Positions 10,240 through 19,735 of a stretch of DNA of 64,000 nucleotides are shown piece by piece. A program made the position numbers and the translations under genes. The first letter of the stretch is position 1. Each line of letters starts with the position of its first letter. The notes below the pieces were generated by a model. It saw nothing but the letters and a program-made list of their open reading frames with translations, did no database searches and was not told the DNA's origin. Origin of the DNA: an uncultured Methanosarcinales archaeon. GTDB taxonomy: Archaea; Nanobdellota; Nanobdellia; Woesearchaeales; ARS49. The stretch lies in contig CAZWVL010000004.1 of assembly GCA_964637115.1 (NCBI GenBank), positions 1-64,000 of the forward strand. Reading direction: 5' to 3'.

Positions 10240-10676
10240 TTCAGCATTCTCTTGACATACCTAAGTAATTCCTGAGGGCCTTTTTTGAGTAATTTATTTT
10301 GCTCTTTGTCAATTTCTCTTTGTTTCATTTCAAATTGTTTGCAATACGCTGTCTCCACACTTTCATAAAATAGATAAACCTTTTCATCACCTTTGAATTT
10401 TTTAGGTACAGCGTGCCGATAACGCTTGCTCTCACCTAATTTGACATGACGACAAGAAGCAGAAATACGGTATACTGTTGTACCCAAGGCACATCCATGA
10501 AATGCAGTAATGATTATGCCATTGTATAATCCGGAATATTTAGTATAATTTAAACCCGGATCATCTAAATCGGACAGTTTACCTAAAGATGCATCAACTA
10601 CATCTGAATTTCTGCTCCATTCTTTCACTTTCTTCCCAAGCTTCAGAAGTTCGTCCAAGGAGAGTTGATCGGTCAT
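10236..10676 (-). CDS. Hypothetical protein, 'MTDELSL' family member (146 aa)
   Basis: Begins MTDQLSLDELLKLGKKVKEW; ATGA overlaps at both ends. Confidence 0.75.
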   Translation of the reverse strand: MTDQLSLDELLKLGKKVKEWSRNSDVVDASLGKLSDLDDPGLNYTKYSGLYNGIIITAFHGCALGTTVYRISASCRHVKLGESKRYRHAVPKKFKGDEKVYLFYESVETAYCKQFEMKQREIDKEQNKLLKKGPQELLRYVKRMLK

Positions 10677-11323
10677 TGTGCCAATTCTCTCACCATTTTT
10701 AGAGTTGCTCTTCTGTGTTCTTCTGTTTTCTGTATTAGCTTTTCGTTTTCCTTTTTTACAAAATCATAGAATTTTTCTACTGCACCATTATTGCATCTAT
10801 GGCCGACAATAGTGACTGTGTCAATTTCAGTCCTAACACTATAATAATCATCTCGATATCCGATTTTAAAGGCAACTCCTTGCAGAGCTCCCATGAAAAT
10901 GCCAGTATATTCTCTGTCAGCTCCACGCTTCCATGATTCATACCATTTATCGCATTTTTTTCCAAGATTGATGATGTTATCAACACTTGTTTTTGCATCA
11001 ATTTTGAGAATTTCCCACGCACGTCCGCGTGCTACCATTTCGTGTTTTATTTTTACAGAATGAAAGAAGGCTTCAATTTCAGTATTGCTCTTGTTTTCTT
11101 CATAGGTATCGCGTTCATACTTTCCTAGCTCTGTTTTTTCTAATCTTGCCGAAATTTTATAAACGAAGTGTTCCATCCAATTTGAAGGTGCTAAATCCGT
11201 CCTAAAATCTATTCCTTCGTAATTTCCCTCATAACGAAGGCCTTCACGTATGCGGCTTATCTTCCATTCTTTCACTTTATTCCCAAGCTTCAGAAGTTCG
11301 TCTAAAGAGAGTTGGTCGGTCAT
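10673..11323 (-). CDS. Hypothetical protein, 'MTDELSL' family member with two tandem domains (216 aa)
   Basis: Begins MTDQLSLDELLKLGNKVKEW; second copy starts SVDNIINLGKKCDKW. Confidence 0.75.
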   Translation of the reverse strand: MTDQLSLDELLKLGNKVKEWKISRIREGLRYEGNYEGIDFRTDLAPSNWMEHFVYKISARLEKTELGKYERDTYEENKSNTEIEAFFHSVKIKHEMVARGRAWEILKIDAKTSVDNIINLGKKCDKWYESWKRGADREYTGIFMGALQGVAFKIGYRDDYYSVRTEIDTVTIVGHRCNNGAVEKFYDFVKKENEKLIQKTEEHRRATLKMVRELAQ

Positions 11324-12390
11324 CTGTACAACTCTTCGAATTTGCCATTCTTAACCTGCTTCATTACTTGTTCTTTCTGCGTAATTCTGCCATCATTGTC
11401 AAACGTGATAATGTTAGAAACGCCAGCATAGTCCTTGATTGAGTGCAAATACTGGGAAATCTCGTCTGGTGTTGTTTTTCCATCACGCAAAGCCGTAGCA
11501 ACGAGCATAACTGCGTCATATGCATACGCTGCAGAAGGCGAAGGTGGCAATCCAAACTTCTCAGTGTATTTCTTTGCAAATTCTATTTCACCGGGTCCTT
11601 TCGCAGGATACGGATAAATTGTTCCTTCAATTGATGGATATGCTTGGAGAAGCACCGGATTATCAGTTCCAGAGCTTGAGTACAACGGAATCTTGAGTCC
11701 GAGCTCTTGTGCTTGTTTGCTGAATGCACCTTGGCTTGGATAGAACGCAAAAGGTGCGTACACCGCATTAACATTCAATTCTTTAATTTGTGAAATCACT
11801 GTCTTGAAGTCAGTTTCATCTGGATTTGTTGGGAATTCCTTGACAATTGTCAGTCCTTTTGCTTCATTGACAAAGTTATCACGCATTGACTGCGACCAGT
11901 CATTCAGACTGTAAACGATAGCTACTTTCTTTATGCCGTTTTTCTTCATATATTGTATTTCGGGCATCACTTCTGCCCGCTCCGTGATCCATACGTCAAA
12001 GAAATACGGCGATGGTTGTGGAACAACGCCTGCTGATGGTGATATAATCAGGACTTTTTTCTCGTTTGCAATAGGGCTTGCTACCTGGCCAAACCAGGTT
12101 GGTCCAACAACGACTTTAAGATTATCCACTTCAGCAAGTTTGTTGATTGCTGTAGCCGTACCCTTGAAATCAGTTTTACTATCCTCAACAATTAACTCAA
12201 GAGGCCTTCCATTTATGCCGTTGTGAGCATTAATGTCATCAGCCGCCAGCAGTGCGCCGTTTTTCTCTCCTTCTCCCCAGAACGAAGCCGGGCCGGTGAG
12301 ATGGAATACACCGCCTATTTTGACTGTGTCAGGAGTTGTTTGTATGCAGGCTGCGAGCAATAACAAAATGATAACTGCAATCTTTTTCAT
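11320..12390 (-). CDS. SBP3: Liv-type substrate-binding lipoprotein
   Basis: Lipobox LAAC; KIGGVFHLTGPAS, DINAHNGING, DFKTVISQIK, YAYDAV. Confidence 0.92.
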   Translation of the reverse strand: MKKIAVIILLLLAACIQTTPDTVKIGGVFHLTGPASFWGEGEKNGALLAADDINAHNGINGRPLELIVEDSKTDFKGTATAINKLAEVDNLKVVVGPTWFGQVASPIANEKKVLIISPSAGVVPQPSPYFFDVWITERAEVMPEIQYMKKNGIKKVAIVYSLNDWSQSMRDNFVNEAKGLTIVKEFPTNPDETDFKTVISQIKELNVNAVYAPFAFYPSQGAFSKQAQELGLKIPLYSSSGTDNPVLLQAYPSIEGTIYPYPAKGPGEIEFAKKYTEKFGLPPSPSAAYAYDAVMLVATALRDGKTTPDEISQYLHSIKDYAGVSNIITFDNDGRITQKEQVMKQVKNGKFEELYR

Positions 12391-13514
12391 TTCTGCACCA
12401 TCTCAAACTTGCCATCTTGCACAACTTTCAGCTTGAATCCAGTCTGAACATTGCCTTTTTCATCAAAGCTGAAATTTCCCATGAAGCCATCATAGTTCTT
12501 AACGTTGTTTAGCAGCCAATCATGCACTTTTTCGCCATCATTGCCAACTGCACGTATCGCATCAACCAAAATTCTGACAGTGTCATATGTTGCTGCTGTG
12601 TGGAACGGCACTGCCGGGTCTTTTCCATAGCGTTCTTTGTACTTTGCAAGGAACGCTTTGAATTCAAGTTTGTCAGCGTCGTAATTTGGATCGTAGAAAT
12701 ACACGCCTTCAAGTGCATCGCCTGCTATTGTTTTTGAATTCTCATTGGCAACAGTCGTGAATGTGGTAAACATAGGCGTTTTAAAGCTGAGTTCGCGTGA
12801 TTGTTTGATGAAGTGTGCTCCTGTTGTGCCTAGCTGGCTTAAAATCAGTATTGCATCTGGTTTTTCTCGTTTTACTTTCAAGAGTGTTGTTCTGAAGTCT
12901 TTTGTGTCTGGAATGAATTCTTCATCCAGAACTATTTCTCCGCCTAATTTTTCAAATTCTTTCTTGAAATGGTCGCGTATGTCAATTGTGTACTCTCTTT
13001 GTTCCGTAATTATGGCTGCTTTGGTAAAATTAAACTTCTCGATAAAGTCACGCGCTGGCTGTATTCCAGCTTGTACATCTGCATTTCCTGTTCTGAAGAC
13101 GTATTCTCCTGCATTGTCAATATTGCTTCCGCCTGTAACGGGTGTGATATACACAACTTTTGCTTCATTGACGTATGGCGCAGCTGCCATTGTGTCGTCG
13201 CTGCACGTGCCGCCAATGATTACTTTGACATCATCTACTTCAACTAATTTCTTGATTGCTGTAAGGCCCTGATTTTGCCCGCATTTTGCATCTTCAACAA
13301 CAAATTCAATATTCAAATCAGACGCGAGTTCTTCTGCTGCAAGTTTCGCACTATCCACAATATTCTGTCCAAGAGAAGCAAAATCTCCTGAAAGAATTGT
13401 TGAGATGCCGATTTTCATTAAGGGTTTTTCTACTGGTTTTGTTTCTGTTTGTATTTCTGGTTGTGCACACGCTGCCAATAGTAACAGCATAATAATCGCA
13501 AATACTATTTTCAT
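12387..13514 (-). CDS. SBP4: Liv-type substrate-binding lipoprotein
   Basis: True start MKIVF at 13514 (ATGA overlap); lipobox LAAC; GISTILSGDFA, EDAKC, DFRTTLLKVK, TYDTV. Confidence 0.92.
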   Translation of the reverse strand: MKIVFAIIMLLLLAACAQPEIQTETKPVEKPLMKIGISTILSGDFASLGQNIVDSAKLAAEELASDLNIEFVVEDAKCGQNQGLTAIKKLVEVDDVKVIIGGTCSDDTMAAAPYVNEAKVVYITPVTGGSNIDNAGEYVFRTGNADVQAGIQPARDFIEKFNFTKAAIITEQREYTIDIRDHFKKEFEKLGGEIVLDEEFIPDTKDFRTTLLKVKREKPDAILILSQLGTTGAHFIKQSRELSFKTPMFTTFTTVANENSKTIAGDALEGVYFYDPNYDADKLEFKAFLAKYKERYGKDPAVPFHTAATYDTVRILVDAIRAVGNDGEKVHDWLLNNVKNYDGFMGNFSFDEKGNVQTGFKLKVVQDGKFEMVQK

Positions 13515-13924
13515 TTCCGCCCTTCTGCAATTAAGCATTCTTTTACATTCTTGCACAGTTCGTCAAGCTCCTCTTGATTTTGCACAGCCATACTGCAAGT
13601 GTATGTGACCTTTACACAATCGGGTTCTCGATCTATCCACATTTCTTGAGAACGAGAAGTATTATGTCCTGCTTTTTCAAGGAAGATACGGCGGTTTCCA
13701 ATCAGCAGGCATTCGTTAGCAAGTGCTTCTTCAAAATTTCGCTTGTTGATTACTCGATACATTCCGAGCGTTATGGATCGGCGCTCGTCAAAATACAATA
13801 ACTCAACATTATTATATGGTGTTGAAATTACAAAATGTTCATTAAAGTTATTATGGCGCTTTCCAACATTCTCCCACTTGCCCCAGAATTTTTCCATGCT
13901 TTTTTCAAGGTTGATTTCTGTCAT
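13511..13924 (-). CDS. Hypothetical protein, 'MTEI' pair member (137 aa)
   Basis: ATGA overlaps at both ends; ends LCKNVKECLIAEGRK. Confidence 0.7.
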   Translation of the reverse strand: MTEINLEKSMEKFWGKWENVGKRHNNFNEHFVISTPYNNVELLYFDERRSITLGMYRVINKRNFEEALANECLLIGNRRIFLEKAGHNTSRSQEMWIDREPDCVKVTYTCSMAVQNQEELDELCKNVKECLIAEGRK

Positions 13925-14280
13925 TTTCTTTCCTCCGCCATCACTTTTTTGATGTCTCTGCAGAGTTTTGTTAGGTAAGTTTGAGAAGAAACTTGAATGT
14001 GATACACATTCCTTAACCCACTACGATCATTAAATCCCATCGTATATAAGTTTCTGATATCATATCCACGTTTTCTAAGAACATTAATACGATCCAATTC
14101 CTTACCTAAATCATGTTTTTTAAATAGAACTATAACAGATAGTTCTAATTCTCTGACGTTATCATAGTAACAAATAGTTGTACGGGCGTTTATGTCATAT
14201 GCACCAGATCCCTGAATATACCCATGGAAATGTTTCCTAAACACGTCCTTTATAGATTCGTCAAAGCTGATTTCTGTCAT
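13921..14280 (-). CDS. Hypothetical protein, 'MTEI' pair member (119 aa)
   Basis: Start at 14280 overlaps the SBP5 stop (ATGA); ends LCRDIKKVMAEERK. Confidence 0.7.
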   Translation of the reverse strand: MTEISFDESIKDVFRKHFHGYIQGSGAYDINARTTICYYDNVRELELSVIVLFKKHDLGKELDRINVLRKRGYDIRNLYTMGFNDRSGLRNVYHIQVSSQTYLTKLCRDIKKVMAEERK

Positions 14281-15365
14281 CCCGTTTTTCTCCACATGCC
14301 GTTCTCAAATTTCGTCAACATGATCTCGCGGTCTATAATCTGATCACCATTATAGCTCACCACACCACTTACTCCGTTCATGGTCAAGTTGCGCATGTTG
14401 TTGGCAACACACAGTGTTTCCGTGCACCCTTCGTATGCTTTTGCCATTGTCATTGCGTCATCATACAATACTGCGCTTCCTCGCAAGAAATAAGCCTGCT
14501 TCTTGTCTTCCAGTTTTTTCTTGAACGAAACAAAAATAGGGTCAGTGCTCGCTTCATCAACTGCAATATCCGCGCCCAGAGCATCTTTCAGCACTTCTGG
14601 ATAATCACGGCTGTTCTCAGAGCTTCCGCACCCAAAACTCTGGAAAGGTATTAGGATTTGAGCGGTAATTCCAAGCTCTTTTATCTGCTTATACGCGTTC
14701 GGGCAATCAGGTGCATACATTGCCAAGATGATAGCAGTGCTCCCTGAATTTTTTATCTTTGTGAATTGTGTTCTGAAATCAATGCTTCCCTGATCGTACA
14801 TCTCAGCTGCGGCAAGTTCGCCAATCTGCTCAACACCCTGCTTGCACAGCAGCGTAAACTCGGCATTTGTGCCGAACAGCGCAATTCGCTTGTTCTTAGC
14901 TTGCGTATACAATTTCTTGCACGCTTCAAAGCCGTCAAGCTGGTCTTTGAACACATAAGTTTTATTCGCTGAAAACGAATTGACAACATTTACATAAATG
15001 AACGGCACTTTTGCATCTTCAGCTAATGGCGCTATAATGCCAGTGGGCATAACTGTGATGGTAAAAAGTGCATCGACGTTATCCACGTTGATTAGCTTCG
15101 CAGTCGCCGGTGCTACTTGCTTTTTATCGCTTGCAAAATCCTCATACAGCACTTCAACAGGCTTTCCGTTTATTCCACCCGCGGCATTAATGTCTTCCAC
15201 TGCTAGGTCTATTCCATATTTTGAAAACTCGCCATAAAACGCATTCGAGCCCGTTAATGGCAAAACTGCGCCGAATTTGTATGGTTTTATTTCAGCTTTT
15301 TCTACTTTAGCGCATGCTGATAGGAACAATAATGCTACAATTGTAAAGACCAAGAATTGTTTCAT
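14277..15365 (-). CDS. SBP5: Liv-type substrate-binding lipoprotein (paralog of SBP9)
   Basis: Lipobox LSAC; KFGAVLPLTGSNAFYG, EDINAAGGINGK, DFRTQFTKIK. Confidence 0.9.
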   Translation of the reverse strand: MKQFLVFTIVALLFLSACAKVEKAEIKPYKFGAVLPLTGSNAFYGEFSKYGIDLAVEDINAAGGINGKPVEVLYEDFASDKKQVAPATAKLINVDNVDALFTITVMPTGIIAPLAEDAKVPFIYVNVVNSFSANKTYVFKDQLDGFEACKKLYTQAKNKRIALFGTNAEFTLLCKQGVEQIGELAAAEMYDQGSIDFRTQFTKIKNSGSTAIILAMYAPDCPNAYKQIKELGITAQILIPFQSFGCGSSENSRDYPEVLKDALGADIAVDEASTDPIFVSFKKKLEDKKQAYFLRGSAVLYDDAMTMAKAYEGCTETLCVANNMRNLTMNGVSGVVSYNGDQIIDREIMLTKFENGMWRKTG

Positions 15366-15367
15366 CT

Positions 15368-16444
15368 TTACTCTCCAGCAAACAATGTCTTTTTGCCGTT
15401 CTCAATCTTGTAAATCGGCACTGGTCTTGATGCGTCTCCGTTCGTATTAAAGTAAGAAGAACCTTGCAGCCATTGTCTTACTGTTTCAGTATCTGTCGTT
15501 CTTGTTTCTCTATAAGCCTGTGCTAACACCTTGACAGCCATATGAGCAGCGTCAGATGAAATGCCTGGCTCCTTGCCGTACTTTTCTGTGTACTTCTTTA
15601 CGAATTCTTCATCGTATGGAAGCATGTCTATATAGTATGAAATCGCAAAATCATCTGTAGTAATCGCATTTCTTGTTAATGCTTCACCAAAGTTGCCTTC
15701 TGCGTTGAGCAATATGGCATCAAACTGTTGCTCTTTCATTTTTTTTACTATGTGTGCGGTGTCAATCGGGCCAACTGCGAGAAAAACAACGTCTGGCTTG
15801 AGTGATTTTGCTTTGGTTACTTGTGTTGCGAAGTCATTGCCGTCAAATGCTGTGCCGACAAAGTCTGCAGTCAATTCTCCGCCGTTTTCTTTCATTAATC
15901 GTTCAAAATTTTCTTTGTATGAATCTGACCAGGACCCAGGGGCTCTGAAAATTACAGCATGCTTAATTTTTTCCTGTTTAATCACCAGTCTATACGCTCT
16001 GACATGATTTGGAACTGGTGGCCAGGTTCTGAATAAATACTGGCTTAAGCGGGAATTGTCTTTTGTATTTCCGGTTGACGGGTTTATTAGTATTAATTTG
16101 GCAGCGTCAGCAATCGGAGCCATTGGTTCAAGCGAGTAGTCCCACGTACCGCCTATAATCGCGTCAATTTTGTCAATTTCCATCAGTTTTGTAAGTGCAG
16201 TAACCGCTCTTTTTCCGTCCGTGCCGTCGTCTTCGTAAATAACAACAATTTTCTTGCCATTTATGCCTCCTGCAGCATTTATTTCTTCTACGGCAAGGTC
16301 CATTCCGTTTCTCGAGCTTTCACCATAGAATGCTGCAACGCCTGTTAAGCTCAAAACTGCGCCTATCTTGATTTGTTCGCTTTGCTGAGGCGTGCAAGCT
16401 GCTAAAAGCAGCAAAGCTGCTAAAAGAACAAAAAATCCTTTCAT
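15368..16444 (-). CDS. SBP6: Liv-type substrate-binding lipoprotein
   Basis: Start MKGFF at 16444; lipobox LAAC; KIGAVLSLTGVAAFYG, EEINAAGGINGK, DFATQVTKAK. Confidence 0.9.
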   Translation of the reverse strand: MKGFFVLLAALLLLAACTPQQSEQIKIGAVLSLTGVAAFYGESSRNGMDLAVEEINAAGGINGKKIVVIYEDDGTDGKRAVTALTKLMEIDKIDAIIGGTWDYSLEPMAPIADAAKLILINPSTGNTKDNSRLSQYLFRTWPPVPNHVRAYRLVIKQEKIKHAVIFRAPGSWSDSYKENFERLMKENGGELTADFVGTAFDGNDFATQVTKAKSLKPDVVFLAVGPIDTAHIVKKMKEQQFDAILLNAEGNFGEALTRNAITTDDFAISYYIDMLPYDEEFVKKYTEKYGKEPGISSDAAHMAVKVLAQAYRETRTTDTETVRQWLQGSSYFNTNGDASRPVPIYKIENGKKTLFAGE

Positions 16445-16445
16445 T

Positions 16446-17528
16446 TTAATCTTCCAGCGGAACAAATCCGCCATTCTTGACCTGCATCAGTATGAGCGGT
16501 CTGTCAACATCGCCTTTTGAATCAAAGCTGAACGTTCCGCTGACTCCATTGTAGTTCTGCGTTGCGTACAGCTGTTGTTTTATGCAGTCGGTATCATCGT
16601 TGCATTGCTCAACGATTTTTGATATCAATTTCAACGCATCATACGCATTGGCTACAAACCACGAGAAGTTCGGATCGTTGTACACGTTTGCATATTTCTG
16701 CTTGAATTCTTGTGCTTGCTGCGTGCCGGGATTAAATCCTGACGTGTAGACTATTCCTTCTCCTGCGCCTTGGGCAGCAGTTAAGAATGCTTTATCCTCC
16801 ATTGCTGGTGTTGTCAAGAATGGTCCTGTATATCCCATTTCTCGGGCGATTTTCAGGTTAATCCCTATGTCTTTTGCAAATCCTGACGTATAGATGACTT
16901 CAGGTTTGGAATCGATTACTTTGCTAATCTGGGTGCGTGCATCGCCTGAGTCTTTGTCATATAGCTCTTGTGCGACAAGTGTTCCTCCTAATTCTTGGTA
17001 GCGTGTGGCAAATGGATTCGCATAAGCAAGCGGCCCTTCTGCATTTGCATTTAGCATTGCTGCTTTTTTCCAGCCTTTTGAAATGGCATATTCAGCCATT
17101 GTTTTGCCATGGCCAGTCGCTGTTTCACGGTTTCTGAATGTGTAATCGCCTGCATCGGTAATCTTTCCTGTAACTGCAGTTGAGCTCAAAATTATGACTT
17201 TCTTTTGTTCTGCAAGTGGCGCGACTGCAAGAACTGAGCCTGAAAGGACAGGGCCGATGATTATCTTCACTCCGTCAACATCAGTGAGCTTGTTGAACGC
17301 AGTAACTGCTACTTTTGTGTCGCTCTGCTCATCTTCGAATATAACGTCGACGTTGCTGACTTCTTTGAGCGCGAGATTGATTCCTTTGGTAATTCCTTCT
17401 CCATAATTTCCTTGCGCGCCGGTTAACGTCAAAATAATGCCGACTTTGACTTTTTCTGTTGGTTGTTCAACTTGTACGCATGCGCCCAAAAGCAACAATG
17501 CTAATATGACAAAGATTATTTTTTTCAT
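16446..17528 (-). CDS. SBP7: Liv-type substrate-binding lipoprotein
   Basis: Lipobox LGAC; KVGIILTLTGAQG, GPVLSGS, DAGDYTFRN, NAYDAL. Confidence 0.92.
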   Translation of the reverse strand: MKKIIFVILALLLLGACVQVEQPTEKVKVGIILTLTGAQGNYGEGITKGINLALKEVSNVDVIFEDEQSDTKVAVTAFNKLTDVDGVKIIIGPVLSGSVLAVAPLAEQKKVIILSSTAVTGKITDAGDYTFRNRETATGHGKTMAEYAISKGWKKAAMLNANAEGPLAYANPFATRYQELGGTLVAQELYDKDSGDARTQISKVIDSKPEVIYTSGFAKDIGINLKIAREMGYTGPFLTTPAMEDKAFLTAAQGAGEGIVYTSGFNPGTQQAQEFKQKYANVYNDPNFSWFVANAYDALKLISKIVEQCNDDTDCIKQQLYATQNYNGVSGTFSFDSKGDVDRPLILMQVKNGGFVPLED

Positions 17529-17529
17529 T

Positions 17530-18648
17530 TTATACCTCCACGTTTACCCATTTACCTTCGTTGTACTGAACAATACGAATGGGACGAGTGGCATAATGAT
17601 TACCGTCGAATGCCACGTGTCCTGCAACACCAGTGTAATCGGTTTCTGCGAGCTTGTCGCGTACGCATTCCTTGGTTATTTCAGTGCACTTGCCTGCCGC
17701 AATAGAAATCTCGTGCATATTATCATAGGCGACTGCTGCGTCTACAGGACCGACAAGTTTTTTGCCAATGCGTGTTTCAATTTTCTGCATAAATTCAGCG
17801 AGTTTTGGTGTTGGCTGTGCTGGGTTGGCTGCTTGGTCTGCGGCATAAGCGTCTTTGAGAATGCGGTTTTTGTCCAGGTCCTTGACTGCCATTGGGTTTG
17901 CAGATAATGCAGTGCCGATGGGCAGGTATAATTGTGGAACAAAGTCCAGCTCAAGCATTTGTTTGTAAATCATGTTGCAGTCTGGGGGCCAGCAGACAAG
18001 AACAACAGCATCTGGTTGTATGCTCTTGAACTTGGTGACAGAAGTTCGCGCATCAGGGTCATTGCTGAGCTTCATTTCATTTGCAACAATAGTACCGCCC
18101 TTTGTGACAAATTCTTTTTTGAGTGTTTCAAGACAGTCTGCGCTGAAGTCAGCGTCATTTCCGAGGAAGGCAAGGCGTTTGTGGCCGTTTTTCAGTGCCG
18201 TTTGTCCTAATTGTTTGCATTCATTTGCAGCATCACGCAAATCGCTAAATATCCAGGTGTTCTTTCTCGCATAGGTTGGGACACCAGTAAACCCGAACAA
18301 TGGGACTGCATTTTGTTCCGCTACTGCGCTTGCGCCGCCTGTAACAGGCGTTGTTATCGAATAGATAAAGTCGACGCCATCCTGCTGTATTAGTTTTGTA
18401 GTCGCAGTAGTGCCTTTTGCAGCATTATCTGCATCTTCTAGAATGGTTTGAATCTGCCTGCCGTTGATGCCGCCTGCTGCATTGATTTCTTCCTTTGCCA
18501 TTTCAAGGGCTGAAACGACATATTCGCCAATCCAGGCATTTGGCCCGGTCATGGGCGCCACAATGCCGACTTTGTATGGCTGTGATTCTGTTTGTACGCA
18601 CGCTGCCAAAAGCAGCAGCGTCAAAATTATCATTATTGTTTGTTTCAT
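17530..18648 (-). CDS. SBP8: Liv-type substrate-binding lipoprotein (close paralog of SBP2)
   Basis: Lipobox LAAC; KVGIVAPMTGPNAWIGE, EEINAAGGINGR. Confidence 0.9.
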   Translation of the reverse strand: MKQTIMIILTLLLLAACVQTESQPYKVGIVAPMTGPNAWIGEYVVSALEMAKEEINAAGGINGRQIQTILEDADNAAKGTTATTKLIQQDGVDFIYSITTPVTGGASAVAEQNAVPLFGFTGVPTYARKNTWIFSDLRDAANECKQLGQTALKNGHKRLAFLGNDADFSADCLETLKKEFVTKGGTIVANEMKLSNDPDARTSVTKFKSIQPDAVVLVCWPPDCNMIYKQMLELDFVPQLYLPIGTALSANPMAVKDLDKNRILKDAYAADQAANPAQPTPKLAEFMQKIETRIGKKLVGPVDAAVAYDNMHEISIAAGKCTEITKECVRDKLAETDYTGVAGHVAFDGNHYATRPIRIVQYNEGKWVNVEV

Positions 18649-18657
18649 TTTTCCACC

Positions 18658-19698
18658 TCAAAACTCCTTCTTCCACTCGAGCATGACAGCATGGCTGTCA
18701 TCCCAGTGATTTGTAATTGGATTTTCGTTCAGATCTGCTTTGTACCAGATACGCAATCCGCTGTTGCCGAGCTCAAATCGTAAACCGAGCATTGCACCAT
18801 TGGTATCAGTTGCAAAGTTTCTTCGATATTCGATGCTCGGCGTAATGTCATTCAAGAATGCAAAGTCACCTATGTTGAGTGCGCCGCGGATTGATGCTTT
18901 TTTATCATGGGTGTAGGTTGCATCAATGCCGTAATCTCCTGTATCTTTGTCTACATAAATTTCGGCGTTGCCGAAGCTGAATGTTTTGAAGGATAATGGG
19001 AATGTTAAATCGCCCAAGACGCTAAGGGTGTTATGGTCCTCGTCATCAACGCCGAACACTTTTGCACGTTGTGCCCACTGCTTTGAGCCGAGAGTAATAC
19101 GGGCTTCTCTGAAATCGTTTTTACCGATTTTAATGTAGCTCCAGAGTGCTGCACCGTCTAATTTCAAGCTGTATGAAGCGTTTGCTTCCCAGTTGTTTCC
19201 GTTGTTAATATGTCCACCGGCGTATACTAAAGAGTCTCCAATTTCTGCTGTTAGCACACCGCTGGAATTGCCTTTGCTGTCAAATGCTGCTTCTAAGCCG
19301 AAATTGTCATCAAGTTTTAATCCGCCGAGCCAGATTACTTTGTGTTCATTGTTTTCTCTGTCTAACACATCAAATTCCAGTCCTGCAAATCCTTGTTTGG
19401 TATTGTATGAGAGGTATGCTTTGCCTTGGTCTAATGTTGCAGTATCGCGCCAGCCGAGATTAAGCCTGAAATTATCATAGTAAAGGTCTGCACCTATTGC
19501 GGAATTGTCCTTGGAAGTTTCACCCATGACTTTGTTTCCTGCATACGAAACAATAGTCTGAGCTGCTTCATCGTGCCATGTTTCTGCGTATACGCGTGTT
19601 TCCATTTTGACTGGTTTCACGTCCTGCGCAAACGCTCCAGTATAGAGCGCCAGCGCGGAGAGTGATGTCATCACTGCATGTTTGAGTCTCTGTAACAT
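18658..19698 (-). CDS. Secreted beta-strand-rich protein resembling an outer-membrane beta-barrel/porin
   Basis: Sec-type signal ending AFA|Q; many alternating amphipathic strands separated by Gly/Asp/Asn turns; C-terminus AVMLEWKKEF with terminal Phe; no helical TM anchor; ATG at 19698 after GGTGG. Confidence 0.55.
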   Translation of the reverse strand: MLQRLKHAVMTSLSALALYTGAFAQDVKPVKMETRVYAETWHDEAAQTIVSYAGNKVMGETSKDNSAIGADLYYDNFRLNLGWRDTATLDQGKAYLSYNTKQGFAGLEFDVLDRENNEHKVIWLGGLKLDDNFGLEAAFDSKGNSSGVLTAEIGDSLVYAGGHINNGNNWEANASYSLKLDGAALWSYIKIGKNDFREARITLGSKQWAQRAKVFGVDDEDHNTLSVLGDLTFPLSFKTFSFGNAEIYVDKDTGDYGIDATYTHDKKASIRGALNIGDFAFLNDITPSIEYRRNFATDTNGAMLGLRFELGNSGLRIWYKADLNENPITNHWDDSHAVMLEWKKEF

Positions 19699-19735
19699 TT
19701 CCACCACCTATGTTCAGTAGTGACATGAAACTAAT

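Larger units (their letters stand above)
10180..11323 (-). repeat. Three 60-bp direct repeats forming the first 20 codons of three tandem genes (10180-10239, 10617-10676, 11264-11323)
   Basis: By-hand alignment: copy1 vs copy2 57/60 identical, copy2 vs copy3 56/60; near-identity ends at codon 20. Confidence 0.95.

Noticed and set aside
10180-11323. 60-bp repeats as a CRISPR array or integron attC sites
   Set aside because: The repeats are in-frame coding heads separated by 377- and 587-nt gene bodies and are not palindromic; no cas or integrase gene is in the window.
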